Positions 20,111 through 31,111 of a stretch of DNA of 64,000 nt are shown here, piece after piece; the first letter of the stretch is position 1, and the number at the start of each line of letters is the position of its first letter. Origin of the DNA: an uncultured cyanobacterium (GTDB lineage: Bacteria > Cyanobacteriota > Cyanobacteriia > CAKZMO01); assembly GCA_963719515.1 (NCBI GenBank), contig CAVRCJ010000014.1, positions 215,457-279,456 on the forward strand. Direction: 5' to 3'. The notes under the pieces were generated by a model, which was given only the letters and a program-made list of their open reading frames with translations, was not told the origin of the DNA and did not search any database. The position numbers were made by a program, and so were the translations under genes.

Positions 20111-20634
20111 GGGTAGACCTAGGCGGCTAGCGGCCCGCGCGTGGTCGCCCTGCTGGCCCATACCTCGTCGCATTTAGTACCTTTTCGTAAACCTACACGA
20201 AAACTTCAACGATCTTTCACAGTAGAGACTCAAGATGCCGACTAAGGTAGAGGGAGCCTCTACACAGATTGCCATGGCTTGGATCTGAATATCCACAAAG
20301 GGGGCTTGCCTCTTCTGCGGCTGTAGCTCACTTTCGAGAGTACAACTCACGACTCTAGCCCGGATTACGTCTGATCTGTGATACCACCCTGAGACAGATT
20401 CCTAGTTTTCAGCCCTGAGTTGTGGAGACTTCTCAAATTATGTGAAGACTAGCTGATGGGTATAGCGTGATTTTGGCGTGAATCAAATATTCAATCTAGA
20501 CTAAGTACTCTAAATCTAAGGCAGACAGGGCTTCTACTGTTTTTAACCACTGCTTCAAAGTATTTACAAACTACCCTAGGCTAAAGCGTCTGTACTAACT
20601 GTTGTCAATATAAGAAAAGCGCATTACAAGCCCA

Positions 20635-21609
20635 ATGATCCAAACAACGGTCTCAGATAAGTTGTGCTCCATTAAGATTCCACCGTTATTCACGGTAGTC
20701 GAGACGGTTCAGTTTGTAGAAAAGTTCAAGGAGATCTGCGAAAGCAACGACTCAATTTCCAGAATAAATCTTGACTTTAATCAGACTAATTTCATGGACA
20801 GCAGCGGTATTGGAACGCTGGTTGTCTGCCGTAAAATAGCGCAGCAAGAGAAAATAGACCTCGTACTGATCAATGTCTCAGCGCCGGTGATGATGGCGCT
20901 TTCTCTAACGGCCTTAGACCAAATATTTACCATTGAGAAAGCTCAGAACGTCTCAGACCTGCCGGTTTCTCGCCAAAATACCGAGCAACTCATCGCCACC
21001 CATCCATCGGTGAAGTCTAGGGCCAAGCGGCTGATTGACATTATAGGAGCCTTGGTGGGTCTAGGAATCACGGCAATACTATTTATTCCGATTACGCTGG
21101 CAATTTTGATCGACAACCCCGGCCCTATTTTCTTTCGGCAGGAGCGCTGCTCTTGGATGGGGCAACGGTTTAAGATTTGGAAGTTTCGCTCCATGGTCAT
21201 TGACGCCGAGGCGCTCAAGGAGCAGGTCAAAAATGAGGTTGATGGACCACTATTCAAAAACAAGAACGACCCCCGAATCACTCAGGTGGGTCGATTTTTG
21301 CGGAAGTCGAGCCTCGACGAGCTCCCTCAATTTTGGAACGTTCTGAAAGGGGAAATGAGCCTGGTGGGGACGCGCCCTCCCACCCCAAGTGAGCTAGAGG
21401 CCTATGAGGTTTCTCAGTGGCAGCGGCTTGACGTCAAGCCGGGCATGACCGGCGAATGGCAGGTCAACGGACGGTCAAGCGTCACAAGCTTTGAGGACGT
21501 TATCAAAATGGACCTGCAATACCAGGAAAACTGGAGTCTGATGTACGATCTCAAGCTGATTTTTAGGACGGTTGCCGTTCTTTTTGACAAGCGAAGCGGC
21601 GCGTACTAG
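20635..21609 (+). CDS. STAS (anti-sigma antagonist) domain fused to bacterial sugar transferase
   Basis: FMDSSGIG STAS motif; KFRSM, DPRIT.VG.FLRK.SLDELPQF.NVLKGEMSLVGTRP. Confidence 0.9.
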   Translation: MIQTTVSDKLCSIKIPPLFTVVETVQFVEKFKEICESNDSISRINLDFNQTNFMDSSGIGTLVVCRKIAQQEKIDLVLINVSAPVMMALSLTALDQIFTIEKAQNVSDLPVSRQNTEQLIATHPSVKSRAKRLIDIIGALVGLGITAILFIPITLAILIDNPGPIFFRQERCSWMGQRFKIWKFRSMVIDAEALKEQVKNEVDGPLFKNKNDPRITQVGRFLRKSSLDELPQFWNVLKGEMSLVGTRPPTPSELEAYEVSQWQRLDVKPGMTGEWQVNGRSSVTSFEDVIKMDLQYQENWSLMYDLKLIFRTVAVLFDKRSGAY

Positions 21610-21641
21610 ACAAGCTACTAAAGAGCTAAGTGCGTGGCTAA

Positions 21642-21681
21642 AACTAAACCTGTGGGGGGCGACCTCTCCACAGGTTTAGTT
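21642..21681. terminator. Stem-loop after the sugar transferase gene
   Basis: AACTAAACCTGTGG / CCACAGGTTTAGTT 14-bp inverted repeat. Confidence 0.6.
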
Positions 21682-21807
21682 CTGGCTATCTACCTATAGG
21701 TAAATGGTGATATTAGGTAAAACGTAGGGCCGTCGCTGTTGCGAAGTATACCAGCTGTCCCCTGCCTTAGCACTCTCGCCACCACAATAAGACTGTGCGC
21801 TCAGAAT

Positions 21808-21850
21808 GACGCCGCTGATCCTGGCACACCAAGATCAGCGGCGTCGTTTT
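21808..21850 (+). terminator. Terminator-like hairpin upstream of wzc
   Basis: GACGCCGCTGATC / GATCAGCGGCGTC followed by GTTTT. Confidence 0.55.
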
Positions 21851-22101
21851 GTATGGCTTGTGCCGCTGGGGATCAAGGGTTCGGCTCAAAGCATTACGGT
21901 AAATAAGCCCCAGGATAAGTAAATGTTCTAGGACCTCAGGGCACTTGCTATACTGCCCTGCCGAAGGATTATACCAATTGTTCGGGTTTAGTGAACCAAG
22001 GTTGTAAAACGTACAGAAGGGGCTGCTACAGCTGCCCAGTAGTCTATGTTCTTCTGACAGGATGTCAGCCGTCCAAATGACCTCAATCCGTAAGGGTTCC
22101 T

Positions 22102-25062
22102 ATGCCAGTACCAACCAATCGTCCTCCTTTTCAGCCTTCCTACCCAGGTGTGCCCCTATCCCCTCCTGTCGCGGATCCCAGTACGGATTTGGACTTGATT
22201 CACATCCTGAAGATTCTCAAGCGACGTGCGCTTGTTGTGGGCGGCGCGGCCCTGACGGTGACGGCTGCGATTTGGGCCTGGACAGCAACGCAAACTCCGA
22301 TATATCGGGGTGAGTTCCGAGTCCTCGTGGAGTCAGCTGCGGAGGTATCGCCTTCACAGCAGCTTTTGGCAGAAGCAGGAAGAATGCCCACAACTGACTA
22401 TGATACGCAGATCGAAGTCCTGAGAAGTCAGGCCCTATTGAGCCCTGTCGCTCAAGCGCTGCAGCAGCAGTATCCTGAGATCGACTCTCGTATTCTGGCC
22501 GCCAATTTGTCAATTAATCGTGTTCGAGACACCAAAATTTTGGCGGTGGCCTATCAAGGCACAGACCCAGACATCATTCAGGCGATTTTAGAAGAAGTCT
22601 CGCAGCAGTTTCTAGACTACAGCTTTGAGCAGCGTCAGGTGAGCCTGCAGCAGGGCGTTGACTTCGTCGACGGACAGCTTCCTGAGCTGAGAGAGCGTGT
22701 CGACAGCCTCCAAGCCCGTCTAGAGCGATTTCGGCAGCAGTATAGTCTTTTCGACCCCGAGTCTCGGGGGGGTGACTTGTCAGGATTGCTCAGCTCTGTC
22801 GAAGCACAGCGGCAAGATCTGCAGAGCGATCTCGCTCAGGCAAGATCGCTCTTTCAAACGCTCCAAAGCCAGCTCGGTACGTCGCCGTCAGATGCCCTTG
22901 CTTCCGCTGCATTGAGCGAGTCGTCGCGCTACCAGTCATTACTGACCCAAATTAAAGACCTCGAAGCTCAAATTGCCGTAGATTCGGCGCGCTACCAGCC
23001 TGACAGCCCTCAAATTGAGGCCCTAGAAGAGAAACGAGATAACCTGCTTCCTTTACTAGAGCAGCAGGCCAGCCAAACGCTGGGGGGACGGGTTGGGGCA
23101 TCAGCAGACAGCAACCTGACGCCCACCTCGCTAGATTTGAGCCGCCAGCTGATCGAGGTCGCCAACCAGATCGAAACCCTGCAGGCGCGCAGTCAGTCGC
23201 TCGCCCAAGTCGAACAAAATCTGAAGCAGGAATTTGAGCTGGTGCCCTCCTTGTCCCGGGAGTACACCGAACTTCAGCGAGAGCTAGGGGTGGCGACCCA
23301 GAGCCTCAACCGCTTTTTAGAAACTCGTGAGACGCTGCAAATCGACGCGGCGCAAAAGTCAGTGCCGTGGGAACTGATCGCCCGACCTCAAACGTCAAGT
23401 CGTCCAATATCTCCCGATGTCTCGCGTAATATCACCTTGGGGGTGGTTGCTGGCCTTTTGCTCGGCGTTGCCGCCGCTCTGCTAATGGAGAAGCTAGATC
23501 AGGTCTTCCACTCCACTGAAGAGCTTAAATCGGCGACGAAGCTCCCTGTCCTCGGAACGATTCCTTACTTACCTGAACTCCAGCGGCAAGCGCCATTTTT
23601 GGGTCGCGTTTCAGAAGGCCCACAAAACCAGCAAAGCCGCCCCGAAGAGAGGGCTAGCTTTCGGGGGGCGATGTTTTTTGAAGGGTTCCGCTCACTCTAT
23701 ACCAGTATTCGCTTTGTTGAGGTAGACCAGGCCATTGGCTCTGTCGTTGTGACATCGGCCATCCCCGGCGAGGGAAAATCCACCGTCGCCGTAGGCTTAG
23801 CCCACGCCGCTGCCGCCATGGGGCAGCGGGTTTTACTTGTGGATGCCGATCTAAGAGCGCCCCGGCAGCATACGCATATGGGATTGCCCAACTACCATGG
23901 CTTGAGCAATGTCATTTCTGACGCGGCAGAGATCAGCGCTGCCATCCAGCAGTCCTCATTGGATCCCAACTTGTCTGTCTTGACCGCCGGGACAACGCCG
24001 CCCGATCCAGTCAAGCTGCTGTCCTCGCAGCGGATGGAAACCATCATGCAGCAGCTTCAGCAAGCCTACGATTTCGTCGTTTACGATACCCCACCCACAA
24101 GCGGCTTCACCGACAGTAGCCTACTCGCAGCCCACGCGGGCGGACTCGTCCTAGTCGTCGGGCTCGGAAAGACGGAGCGATCGCTCGTCGAGCAAACTCT
24201 GGAGAGACTGGAGCGCTTACCGATTTCGCTTCTGGGATTGGTAGCTAACGGGATCAAGCAGTACACAACTCAGCTCCAGCGGCACGATCAGTACTATCAG
24301 TACTACCAAACGCCAGCTGCCAGCGCCGCTCCCGCCCCATCGCCACCGGTCGCCGCCAGCAGCCAGATAGAACCGTCCGGTTCATCTTTCGCCCTGCGGA
24401 GCGGTGCAAAAGCCTATAGCGCCTCAACCTCTATCAGCAATGTCCCCGTCAAAGTAGATAACCCCGCGCCCAACTTTGACCCTTCGCCCGACGCCAGCTC
24501 CAGCAGCATTGCGATCGCCTCGGAAACGCGGTTGGGGTGGCCCTGGTTTGCGGTGGGACTGGCCTCCGTCGCCATGTTGACCGTGATCTGCTCAATTGCG
24601 CTGATTCGCATTGCAAACAACCGAGGCATGGACGGCGAAGAGACGCTAGATTTGAGTGATTCTCCGGCTGAAGTAGAGGACTCTGCCGGGGCGGACGCCG
24701 CGCTGCCCGCCCCAGAACCCAATGCTGCGGACCCCAACGACACGAGGGCCACGGACCAGGCACCCACAGGCGAACCCACGCCGCGCCCAAATGCTGCGTT
24801 TGGGGCCAACGTCGTCGCCCAGGACCCCTTTGAAGAGGCCGTTCAGGTTGCCCAGGACGCCGTTTCGGCAGGGAATGAGGCGCAAACCCCTCAAGAATGG
24901 TCCCAGATTACCGATTTGTGGCAAAGGGCATCGGCGCTGATGGCCGTTGTCCCCGAAGACGACCCTCGTTTTGAGCTAGCCCGCGATCGCAGCGTCACTT
25001 ATCGCAGCAATGGCGAATATGCCCGGCAGCGCACCCTATCGCTGCAGCTAGAGTCTCGCTGA
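22102..25062 (+). CDS. Wzc/GumC-like polysaccharide co-polymerase and tyrosine autokinase with long C-terminal extension
   Basis: Wzz-like N-terminus, coiled coils, TSAIPGEGKST Walker A, VDADLR, YDTPP, Tyr cluster QYYQYY. Confidence 0.9.
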   Translation: MPVPTNRPPFQPSYPGVPLSPPVADPSTDLDLIHILKILKRRALVVGGAALTVTAAIWAWTATQTPIYRGEFRVLVESAAEVSPSQQLLAEAGRMPTTDYDTQIEVLRSQALLSPVAQALQQQYPEIDSRILAANLSINRVRDTKILAVAYQGTDPDIIQAILEEVSQQFLDYSFEQRQVSLQQGVDFVDGQLPELRERVDSLQARLERFRQQYSLFDPESRGGDLSGLLSSVEAQRQDLQSDLAQARSLFQTLQSQLGTSPSDALASAALSESSRYQSLLTQIKDLEAQIAVDSARYQPDSPQIEALEEKRDNLLPLLEQQASQTLGGRVGASADSNLTPTSLDLSRQLIEVANQIETLQARSQSLAQVEQNLKQEFELVPSLSREYTELQRELGVATQSLNRFLETRETLQIDAAQKSVPWELIARPQTSSRPISPDVSRNITLGVVAGLLLGVAAALLMEKLDQVFHSTEELKSATKLPVLGTIPYLPELQRQAPFLGRVSEGPQNQQSRPEERASFRGAMFFEGFRSLYTSIRFVEVDQAIGSVVVTSAIPGEGKSTVAVGLAHAAAAMGQRVLLVDADLRAPRQHTHMGLPNYHGLSNVISDAAEISAAIQQSSLDPNLSVLTAGTTPPDPVKLLSSQRMETIMQQLQQAYDFVVYDTPPTSGFTDSSLLAAHAGGLVLVVGLGKTERSLVEQTLERLERLPISLLGLVANGIKQYTTQLQRHDQYYQYYQTPAASAAPAPSPPVAASSQIEPSGSSFALRSGAKAYSASTSISNVPVKVDNPAPNFDPSPDASSSSIAIASETRLGWPWFAVGLASVAMLTVICSIALIRIANNRGMDGEETLDLSDSPAEVEDSAGADAALPAPEPNAADPNDTRATDQAPTGEPTPRPNAAFGANVVAQDPFEEAVQVAQDAVSAGNEAQTPQEWSQITDLWQRASALMAVVPEDDPRFELARDRSVTYRSNGEYARQRTLSLQLESR

Positions 25063-25100
25063 GGGGGCAGCGGGGTAGTCGGGGCTATCTCTACGGCGGT

Positions 25101-25316
25101 CTACTCGAAAGCCTCAAGCTGATCGGCCCGCAGCCAGATGTTAGACGTGGGCACATGGCCAAACTTCACCAAGACGTAGTCCCCTTCTGCCTCCACAATC
25201 TCTCCTTTAGTTTCAAAGAGATAGGACGGCAGCCGTCCGTCGCTCGCCTGAGCCTCTAAGCTATTCTCCAGCTTGTCGCGAACGGCGCGAACGATATCGC
25301 CTTTTTTAACAGCCAT
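25101..25316 (-). CDS. ndhO: NAD(P)H-quinone oxidoreductase subunit O
   Basis: [32 protein letters not shown]...[12 protein letters not shown]. Confidence 0.92.
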   Translation of the reverse strand: MAVKKGDIVRAVRDKLENSLEAQASDGRLPSYLFETKGEIVEAEGDYVLVKFGHVPTSNIWLRADQLEAFE

Positions 25317-25424
25317 AGAAAAAGAGTTCCATAGAAAATTTCAGCGCACGATGGCTTCAAGGACCGATATCTCCTCTGGAGAGACGCTGTCAGTGCCCCC
25401 CGTGCCCGACGATTATACCCGACC

Positions 25425-26360
25425 CTATTGCTTACGGCTAAACAGGCCGAATAGTCCCCCTTTCGCCCCCTTTCCTTGCGGCTTGGAGGTCCTTGAAAGC
25501 TGCGGTGAGGCATCGCTAGCGGAGGGCTCGACATGAATGCCGAGCTTCTTAGCGCAGGAGATGGCGAGGCGATCGCCGGGATCTAGCTTCAGGGCCTGAC
25601 GGCAGTAGGCTTTAGCCGCACCCGGCAGATTTTGGCTCAGGTACGCTCGCGCCAGCAGGGCGTGGTATTTCCCAATTTGAGGATTGATCTTGATGGCATC
25701 CCGCAGCTCTTGAACAGAGAGCGTGGCATTCCCTTTTTTGAGATATTCTTGGGCCCGCAGGTAATGTCGCTCGGCGTAGCTGACAGATTGAGCTTCGGGA
25801 TTACCCGGTTGAGAAAGGCGAACCTTAGGAACCTGCGGAGCCGAGACTAGGCCAGTCCGCTTTTCCCGAATCATCGGCTCTCCCATCTTGAGGTGTAGGT
25901 AAACCAGATTGAGTTCTGCGAGTTCCTGGGTGACGACTTCAAAGCGCGATAGAGGCTGATATTGAAGCTCAGCGAGCTTGCTAACCGCCTGTTCATAGAA
26001 GATATCGACGTCTGCAATTGTCGTACTCAGGAGACGGCGGGCGGCTTCATTTTTTGGGGAAAGTGACTCGTCTCGGGCCAAGCGGCGGACGCGGAACCTC
26101 AGCATAGCCACGGTTTCGGCCCGTCCTTTATCCTGCTTAAGTCGTTGGTAGCCGGGGTTGACTAGCTTCGCGAAGAGCTGGTTGGCCAAGGCTCGCTCTT
26201 GGGAATCCTTGCGCTCTTGACTGTCGGGGTGGAGCTGTTTGGCGATGGTGCGATAGCGTTTGAGTACCCGGCGGTCATCCGCAGAAACCGATAGCCCCAA
26301 CACAGCGTAGGGGTCAGTAAATTGACCAATCCAGTCAGCGGAGAAAGCGGGGTAGGACAT
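25425..26360 (-). CDS. DnaJ-domain protein with C-terminal TPR
   Basis: DPYAVLG, HPD motif, TPR-like C-terminal helices. Confidence 0.85.
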   Translation of the reverse strand: MSYPAFSADWIGQFTDPYAVLGLSVSADDRRVLKRYRTIAKQLHPDSQERKDSQERALANQLFAKLVNPGYQRLKQDKGRAETVAMLRFRVRRLARDESLSPKNEAARRLLSTTIADVDIFYEQAVSKLAELQYQPLSRFEVVTQELAELNLVYLHLKMGEPMIREKRTGLVSAPQVPKVRLSQPGNPEAQSVSYAERHYLRAQEYLKKGNATLSVQELRDAIKINPQIGKYHALLARAYLSQNLPGAAKAYCRQALKLDPGDRLAISCAKKLGIHVEPSASDASPQLSRTSKPQGKGAKGGLFGLFSRKQ

Positions 26361-26602
26361 GAGCAAATGGGGGCTTTAGTGCTGCAACACAAAAGTCTCG
26401 CCACAGGCGAACTCTAGTCGAACCAGACATGACCCCCTTGAGTCATCGGAACCTTTGAAGAGTTGGCTTTGGCGGAGCATGGCACCGATGCACAGCGGCT
26501 TCTTTACGCTGTTATAGCGGTTACGGTGCTATGGCGATTACAGTGTGGTAGCGATTTTATAACTCTAGTCTAGCTCCAACCTACCGGCTCTGTGTGCCGA
26601 AA

Positions 26603-28852
26603 CTAGTACCCAATCTGCCGCATATAGTCGCCCCACAGCTGAGCTGCTTGGGCACTGCTGCCACCCGTGGGCGTATTGTCGTCATTGCCAAGCCAAACGC
26701 CGGTGGCAATCGCCTGTGCTGGAACGTACCCCACAAACCACGAGTCGATGTTGTCGTTGGTCGTTCCCGTTTTCCCGGCCTCCCCAAGACCCACATAAGC
26801 CGCCCGCCCTGTCCCGCTTTCGACAACTCCTCGCAGCAGCGTCGTCATTTGAGCCGCAGTCTCTGGGGAGAGCGCGGTTCGCGTCGCGCTGGTGTCGGTG
26901 CTGTAGTCATAGATGACGCGGCAGCTGCTGCGGTTGCTAGTGTCGCAATTACTGCCGTCAAACACCCGCTGGATCAGGTGGGGCCGTTGGTAGACGCCCC
27001 CATTTGCCAAGGTAGAAAACGCCCCTGTGATTTCCAGCATCGTTGTCTCGCTTTGACCCAAAACCAGACCCGGCACGCGGTTTAGCTCGGAGCTAATGCC
27101 CAACCGTTTTGCCATCTGGGCGACGCTATCTAGCCCCACATCTTGAGCCACCCGCAGCGCCACCACGTTTTCAGAGAGGGCAACGCCGTCGTAAAAATTT
27201 AGAGCCGAGGCCGCCGAACGACAGCCCTCAAAATATTGCCCCTGCCAGGTTAATGGAGCGCAGGAGTAAGCGGTAGCGGGAGAGATTCCCTGTTCTAGCG
27301 CCGCTAAGTACGCGAAGATCTTGAAGGTAGAGCCGGGCTGCCTGAGCGCCTGGGTTGCCCGGTTGAACTGACTTTGCTCGTAGTCACGGCCACCTACGAT
27401 CGCCAGCACGCCGCCGGTTTGAGTGTTGAGGGTGGCGATCGCCCCTTGAGAGATGCCTAGGGCAGCGCCGGAGTTGGCAAGGTCAGTCTCTAATGCCTCC
27501 TCAGCTCTGGACTGCATCGCGGGAGCCAGAGTGCTCTCGACGATGAAGTTTCCCTCTTGGGCCAGCTCGCGGCCCAGCAAGGTTTCCAGCTCGTTAAAAA
27601 CTTGGGCATAGAAGTAGGGCGCGAGGGTACCCCGCAGCTCTTCTAGGGCGGCAGGATTGACGGTTAGCCGCGATCGCCGGGCTTCTTGGGCATCTGCCGA
27701 ACTCACCATCCCTAAGACCACCATGCGGTTAAGCACTCGGTTGCGATAGCCAATCGCAGCCTCGTAGTCTTCGATGGGATTAAAGCTGTTGGGGGCCGGC
27801 AGGATGCCCACCAGGGTTGCGGCTTCTGAGAGGGTTAGCTCTCCCGCCGTTTTGCCGAAATAAAACTGAGCCGCGTCCTCAAACCCGTAGTTGCCGTTGC
27901 CCAGGTAGACGCGGTTGAGGTACGTCAGCATCAGGGCGTCTTTGCTGTAGAACGTCTCCATTTTGAGGGCGACGACCGCCTCCCTCAGCTTTCGCGTCGC
28001 CGAATCTTCCGTGCCTACATAGTCTCGGAAGATGTTGCGCGCCAGCTGCTGGGTGAGGGTGCTTCCCCCCTCGCGAATTCCTCCGCCTTGAATATTGGTG
28101 ACCAGCGCCCTCAAAATGCCCAGCGGGTCGACCCCCAAATGCCAGTAGTAGCGGGAGTCTTCTGAGGCAATTACCGCGTCCTGGAGGTAGCGCGGATAGG
28201 CTGAGAGCTGCTCGTTTTCTCGGTGGGACTGGGTGGTGGCCTGGCGCAGAGGCGTCTCGCCATCGCGGGCGTAGATAACCACCGGACCTTGAACCGACAG
28301 GGGTAGGGGCCTGACCGAGAATCGCTGCCACTCCATAACGATCCACAGGGCCACTAGAGCGGTCATCCCCGTAAATCCGTACAGCCCGTAGCGAACGCCT
28401 TTCACGTACCAGGGCGGCGGGTTTTGGTACTTGAGAAGGACAGCATCGGCGAGATCGGGGGGACCCAGGGTAAGGGTGTCGCCGTGACGCAGCTCTAAGG
28501 TTTTGATGCGGCGCTTGCCAATGTAGACGCCGTTGGTGGACTTCTCGTCGCGAATCGTAAAGTTTGAGCCAGGCCGCTTGCTGTCGCGCACGAGGGAGCC
28601 ATGCACCTGGCTGACAATCGGGGTCTGCACCACGATGTCGCACTGCTTCGAGCTACGGCCCATGACGTAGCGATCGCCTAGCAGCGGATAGGCCCGCGCC
28701 TGGGGCGTCTCGGCCTCCTGCACCAGCAGATGGGGAACTCGGGCATTGGGCTTGAGCGCGAGCCGAGAAAAGTCGACGCGATCGCGGACAGCGTCAATGG
28801 CTTGAGTCAGCGTATTGAGGAGCGTTTTGGGGCGGTCAGGGGGTTGAGCCAT
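26603..28852 (-). CDS. FHA-domain class A penicillin-binding protein
   Basis: FHA (GR, S..H, STNG), transglycosylase (EDSRY..H.G.D, GGSTLTQQL), transpeptidase (PGSTFK, SEN, KTG). Confidence 0.93.
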   Translation of the reverse strand: MAQPPDRPKTLLNTLTQAIDAVRDRVDFSRLALKPNARVPHLLVQEAETPQARAYPLLGDRYVMGRSSKQCDIVVQTPIVSQVHGSLVRDSKRPGSNFTIRDEKSTNGVYIGKRRIKTLELRHGDTLTLGPPDLADAVLLKYQNPPPWYVKGVRYGLYGFTGMTALVALWIVMEWQRFSVRPLPLSVQGPVVIYARDGETPLRQATTQSHRENEQLSAYPRYLQDAVIASEDSRYYWHLGVDPLGILRALVTNIQGGGIREGGSTLTQQLARNIFRDYVGTEDSATRKLREAVVALKMETFYSKDALMLTYLNRVYLGNGNYGFEDAAQFYFGKTAGELTLSEAATLVGILPAPNSFNPIEDYEAAIGYRNRVLNRMVVLGMVSSADAQEARRSRLTVNPAALEELRGTLAPYFYAQVFNELETLLGRELAQEGNFIVESTLAPAMQSRAEEALETDLANSGAALGISQGAIATLNTQTGGVLAIVGGRDYEQSQFNRATQALRQPGSTFKIFAYLAALEQGISPATAYSCAPLTWQGQYFEGCRSAASALNFYDGVALSENVVALRVAQDVGLDSVAQMAKRLGISSELNRVPGLVLGQSETTMLEITGAFSTLANGGVYQRPHLIQRVFDGSNCDTSNRSSCRVIYDYSTDTSATRTALSPETAAQMTTLLRGVVESGTGRAAYVGLGEAGKTGTTNDNIDSWFVGYVPAQAIATGVWLGNDDNTPTGGSSAQAAQLWGDYMRQIGY

Positions 28853-28960
28853 AGAGGAAAATACCAGGCGCGTATCGCTATTTTAATAGCTGAGCTAGCG
28901 GCTCGCCGCTAATTTAAGGGACCTAATTTGAGAGGCCCAAATTTATAAGCTGAGTGTGGT

Positions 28961-29143
28961 CTACCAGCGACGAGTCCGCTGGATGATGTCAAAGACAGCA
29001 GTGCCCACCGTCAACAGCAGCAAGAGCCACAGCAACCCACCCGGAATAAAGGTTAAAACCCCTAACCCTCGTGCCACCCAGATCAAGAGCGTCAGACCCA
29101 AGCAAATTAAAAAAGCTGTGGTGCGAGGAACAGTTTTGAGCAT
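28961..29143 (-). CDS. Small two-TM conserved hypothetical membrane protein
   Basis: GGAG-less ATG at 29143; W..RGLG.LTFIPGG motif between two hydrophobic helices. Confidence 0.6.
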   Translation of the reverse strand: MLKTVPRTTAFLICLGLTLLIWVARGLGVLTFIPGGLLWLLLLLTVGTAVFDIIQRTRRW

Positions 29144-29460
29144 GGCAATGCGGAGGATGCAATTGTTTGAAAGACAGCAAAAACTTAAGTATAAATTACT
29201 ACCTTTTGTAGCGCAGTTAGACGCATTAATGGTAGCAGTAAAACTCACGCTTCGAGCCATTGAGTCATATTAGCCGTAACCTATGTCTTAGGGTAGATAG
29301 AGCAACCTGGAAGCTTATCCCAAACTTCATCCTAAGAAGGCCTAATTCACCAATCCTTTTCTATTCAATTGATATGGTTGAATCGTAGGGTTCTGGACCT
29401 AGGTTTAATTTGACACCTCCTTCAGAATCAGTTAGCTCTAACGATGAACGGTTATCTCAT

Positions 29461-30036
29461 ATGACAGCACTCACAGCCAACGCAGCTCGTCCCGCTTCAT
29501 TCGTCTCTAGCACGCCCTGCTCTAAAGAGAGTTCCGCCCTCATCAACGGCGATGTTCTGCTTCAAACCCACGACCACTCCGCCTGGGGCGGGGCCGTCAC
29601 AGCTCAGATGTTCCTGCCGCGCCACCGCACCAACGTTTGGGAGCAAATCACCAACTACTCTCGCTGGGTCGAATTTTTTCCCGATGTGGTCCGCAGCGAG
29701 ATTGTTAGCGTCAGCCATGGGAAAAAGCGTCTCTATCAGCTGGCCCGCAAGGCCTTCCTGTTTTTTACTGCCGAAGCCGAAGTTCAGCTGAGCGTTGTGG
29801 AGCTGATGACCCAAACCGGCCAGCGACTCCAGTTCATCATGGAGCGAGGCACCTTCAAAGATTTTTCAGCCACCCTAGAGCTGCAGGACTACGGCGACGG
29901 AACGCTCCTCACCTACTCCGTCAAGGCGACGCCTAGCTTCCCGGTTCCTAGCCCCGTCATTCAGCAGGCCATGCGCCTCGACCTGCCCGCTAACATGCGG
30001 CAGATGCGCCGGGTCATCTGCGGCGCATCGCGCTAA
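29461..30036 (+). CDS. SRPBCC/polyketide cyclase family protein
   Basis: HSAWGGAVTAQMFLP, VW.Q.TNY.RW..FFPD, GTLLTYSV.ATP. Confidence 0.8.
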   Translation: MTALTANAARPASFVSSTPCSKESSALINGDVLLQTHDHSAWGGAVTAQMFLPRHRTNVWEQITNYSRWVEFFPDVVRSEIVSVSHGKKRLYQLARKAFLFFTAEAEVQLSVVELMTQTGQRLQFIMERGTFKDFSATLELQDYGDGTLLTYSVKATPSFPVPSPVIQQAMRLDLPANMRQMRRVICGASR

Positions 30037-30139
30037 GGCTCCCTCTCCCAGTACAATAGCCCCAGACTTAATTCTCCTGGTCTAAGGAGCGCTCTGAAGC
30101 GCCCTGTTAGAGGAGAGACCATTACTGAGGGGAAAGCTC

Positions 30140-31069
30140 ATGCGGCTATTGGTTATGGGAGGCACACGCTTTATCGGCCTGTACCTCGTCAAGCGACTGC
30201 TTGATCTAAACCACGAGGTTGTGCTGTTCAATCGCGGCAATCAGCCGCCCCCGAGCCCCAAGGTGCAGCAGATTCATGGCGATCGCAAGGATGCCAGACA
30301 AGTTGCGAAGCTATCGGGCGAGCGCTTTGACGCCGTGTTCGACAATAATGGGCGCAGCCTGAGCGACACTCAGACCCTGCTCGACGCGCTAGGCGGCAAT
30401 TTCCAGCAGTTTATCTACGTTAGCTCAGCGGGGGTCTACCAAAAATCTGACCAGATGCCCCACGTTGAGGGGGATGCCGTCGACCCCAAAAGTCGCCACA
30501 TTGGCAAGCACGAAACCGAAGAATACCTAGCGGCGCAAAACATTCCCTTCACTTCCCTGCGCCCCGTCTATATCTACGGACCGCAAAACTACAACCCGCT
30601 AGAAGCCTGGTTTTTCGACCGCATTGTGCGCGATCGCCCCATTCCAATTCCCGGCAACGGCATGCACATCACCCAAATGGGCCACATCGATGACCTAGCG
30701 GCGGCGATGGTCGCGGTGCTGGGGTGCAAAACAGCCCAGGGCCAAATCTACAACCTCTCTGGGGAGCGGGCGGTGACCTTTGACGGATTGGCGCGGGCCT
30801 GCGCTGCGGCAGCGGGTAAATCTTCTGAAGAGCTGGCCCTGGTCCATTACGATCCCGGTCAGTTCGATTTCGGTAAGCGTAAGGCCTTCCCGCTGCGGAT
30901 GCAGCACTTTTTTACCGATATCCATAAAGCTAAGCAAGACCTGGACTGGACGCCCCACTATGACCTGGTGCCTGGCCTTAAGGACTCGTTTACGCGAGAT
31001 TATCTGGCCTCGGGCGGCGACAAGGCTGAGGTGGATTTTGCCCTGGACGACATGATACTGAACGCGTGA
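30140..31069 (+). CDS. NAD-dependent epimerase/dehydratase (CSP41b-like RNA-binding)
   Basis: MGGTRFIG, FDNNGR, VSSAGVY, KSRH.GK, RP.YIYGPQNYN.LE.WFFDR. Confidence 0.88.
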   Translation: MRLLVMGGTRFIGLYLVKRLLDLNHEVVLFNRGNQPPPSPKVQQIHGDRKDARQVAKLSGERFDAVFDNNGRSLSDTQTLLDALGGNFQQFIYVSSAGVYQKSDQMPHVEGDAVDPKSRHIGKHETEEYLAAQNIPFTSLRPVYIYGPQNYNPLEAWFFDRIVRDRPIPIPGNGMHITQMGHIDDLAAAMVAVLGCKTAQGQIYNLSGERAVTFDGLARACAAAAGKSSEELALVHYDPGQFDFGKRKAFPLRMQHFFTDIHKAKQDLDWTPHYDLVPGLKDSFTRDYLASGGDKAEVDFALDDMILNA

Positions 31070-31111
31070 CATCCTCCCGACGCTGATGCTACGCATACAG
31101 CGCGGGCTTCC

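Noticed and set aside
29189..29202. GTA-N8-TAC, possible NtcA site
   Set aside because: No correctly spaced TAN3T -10 box on either strand; the short motif can occur by chance
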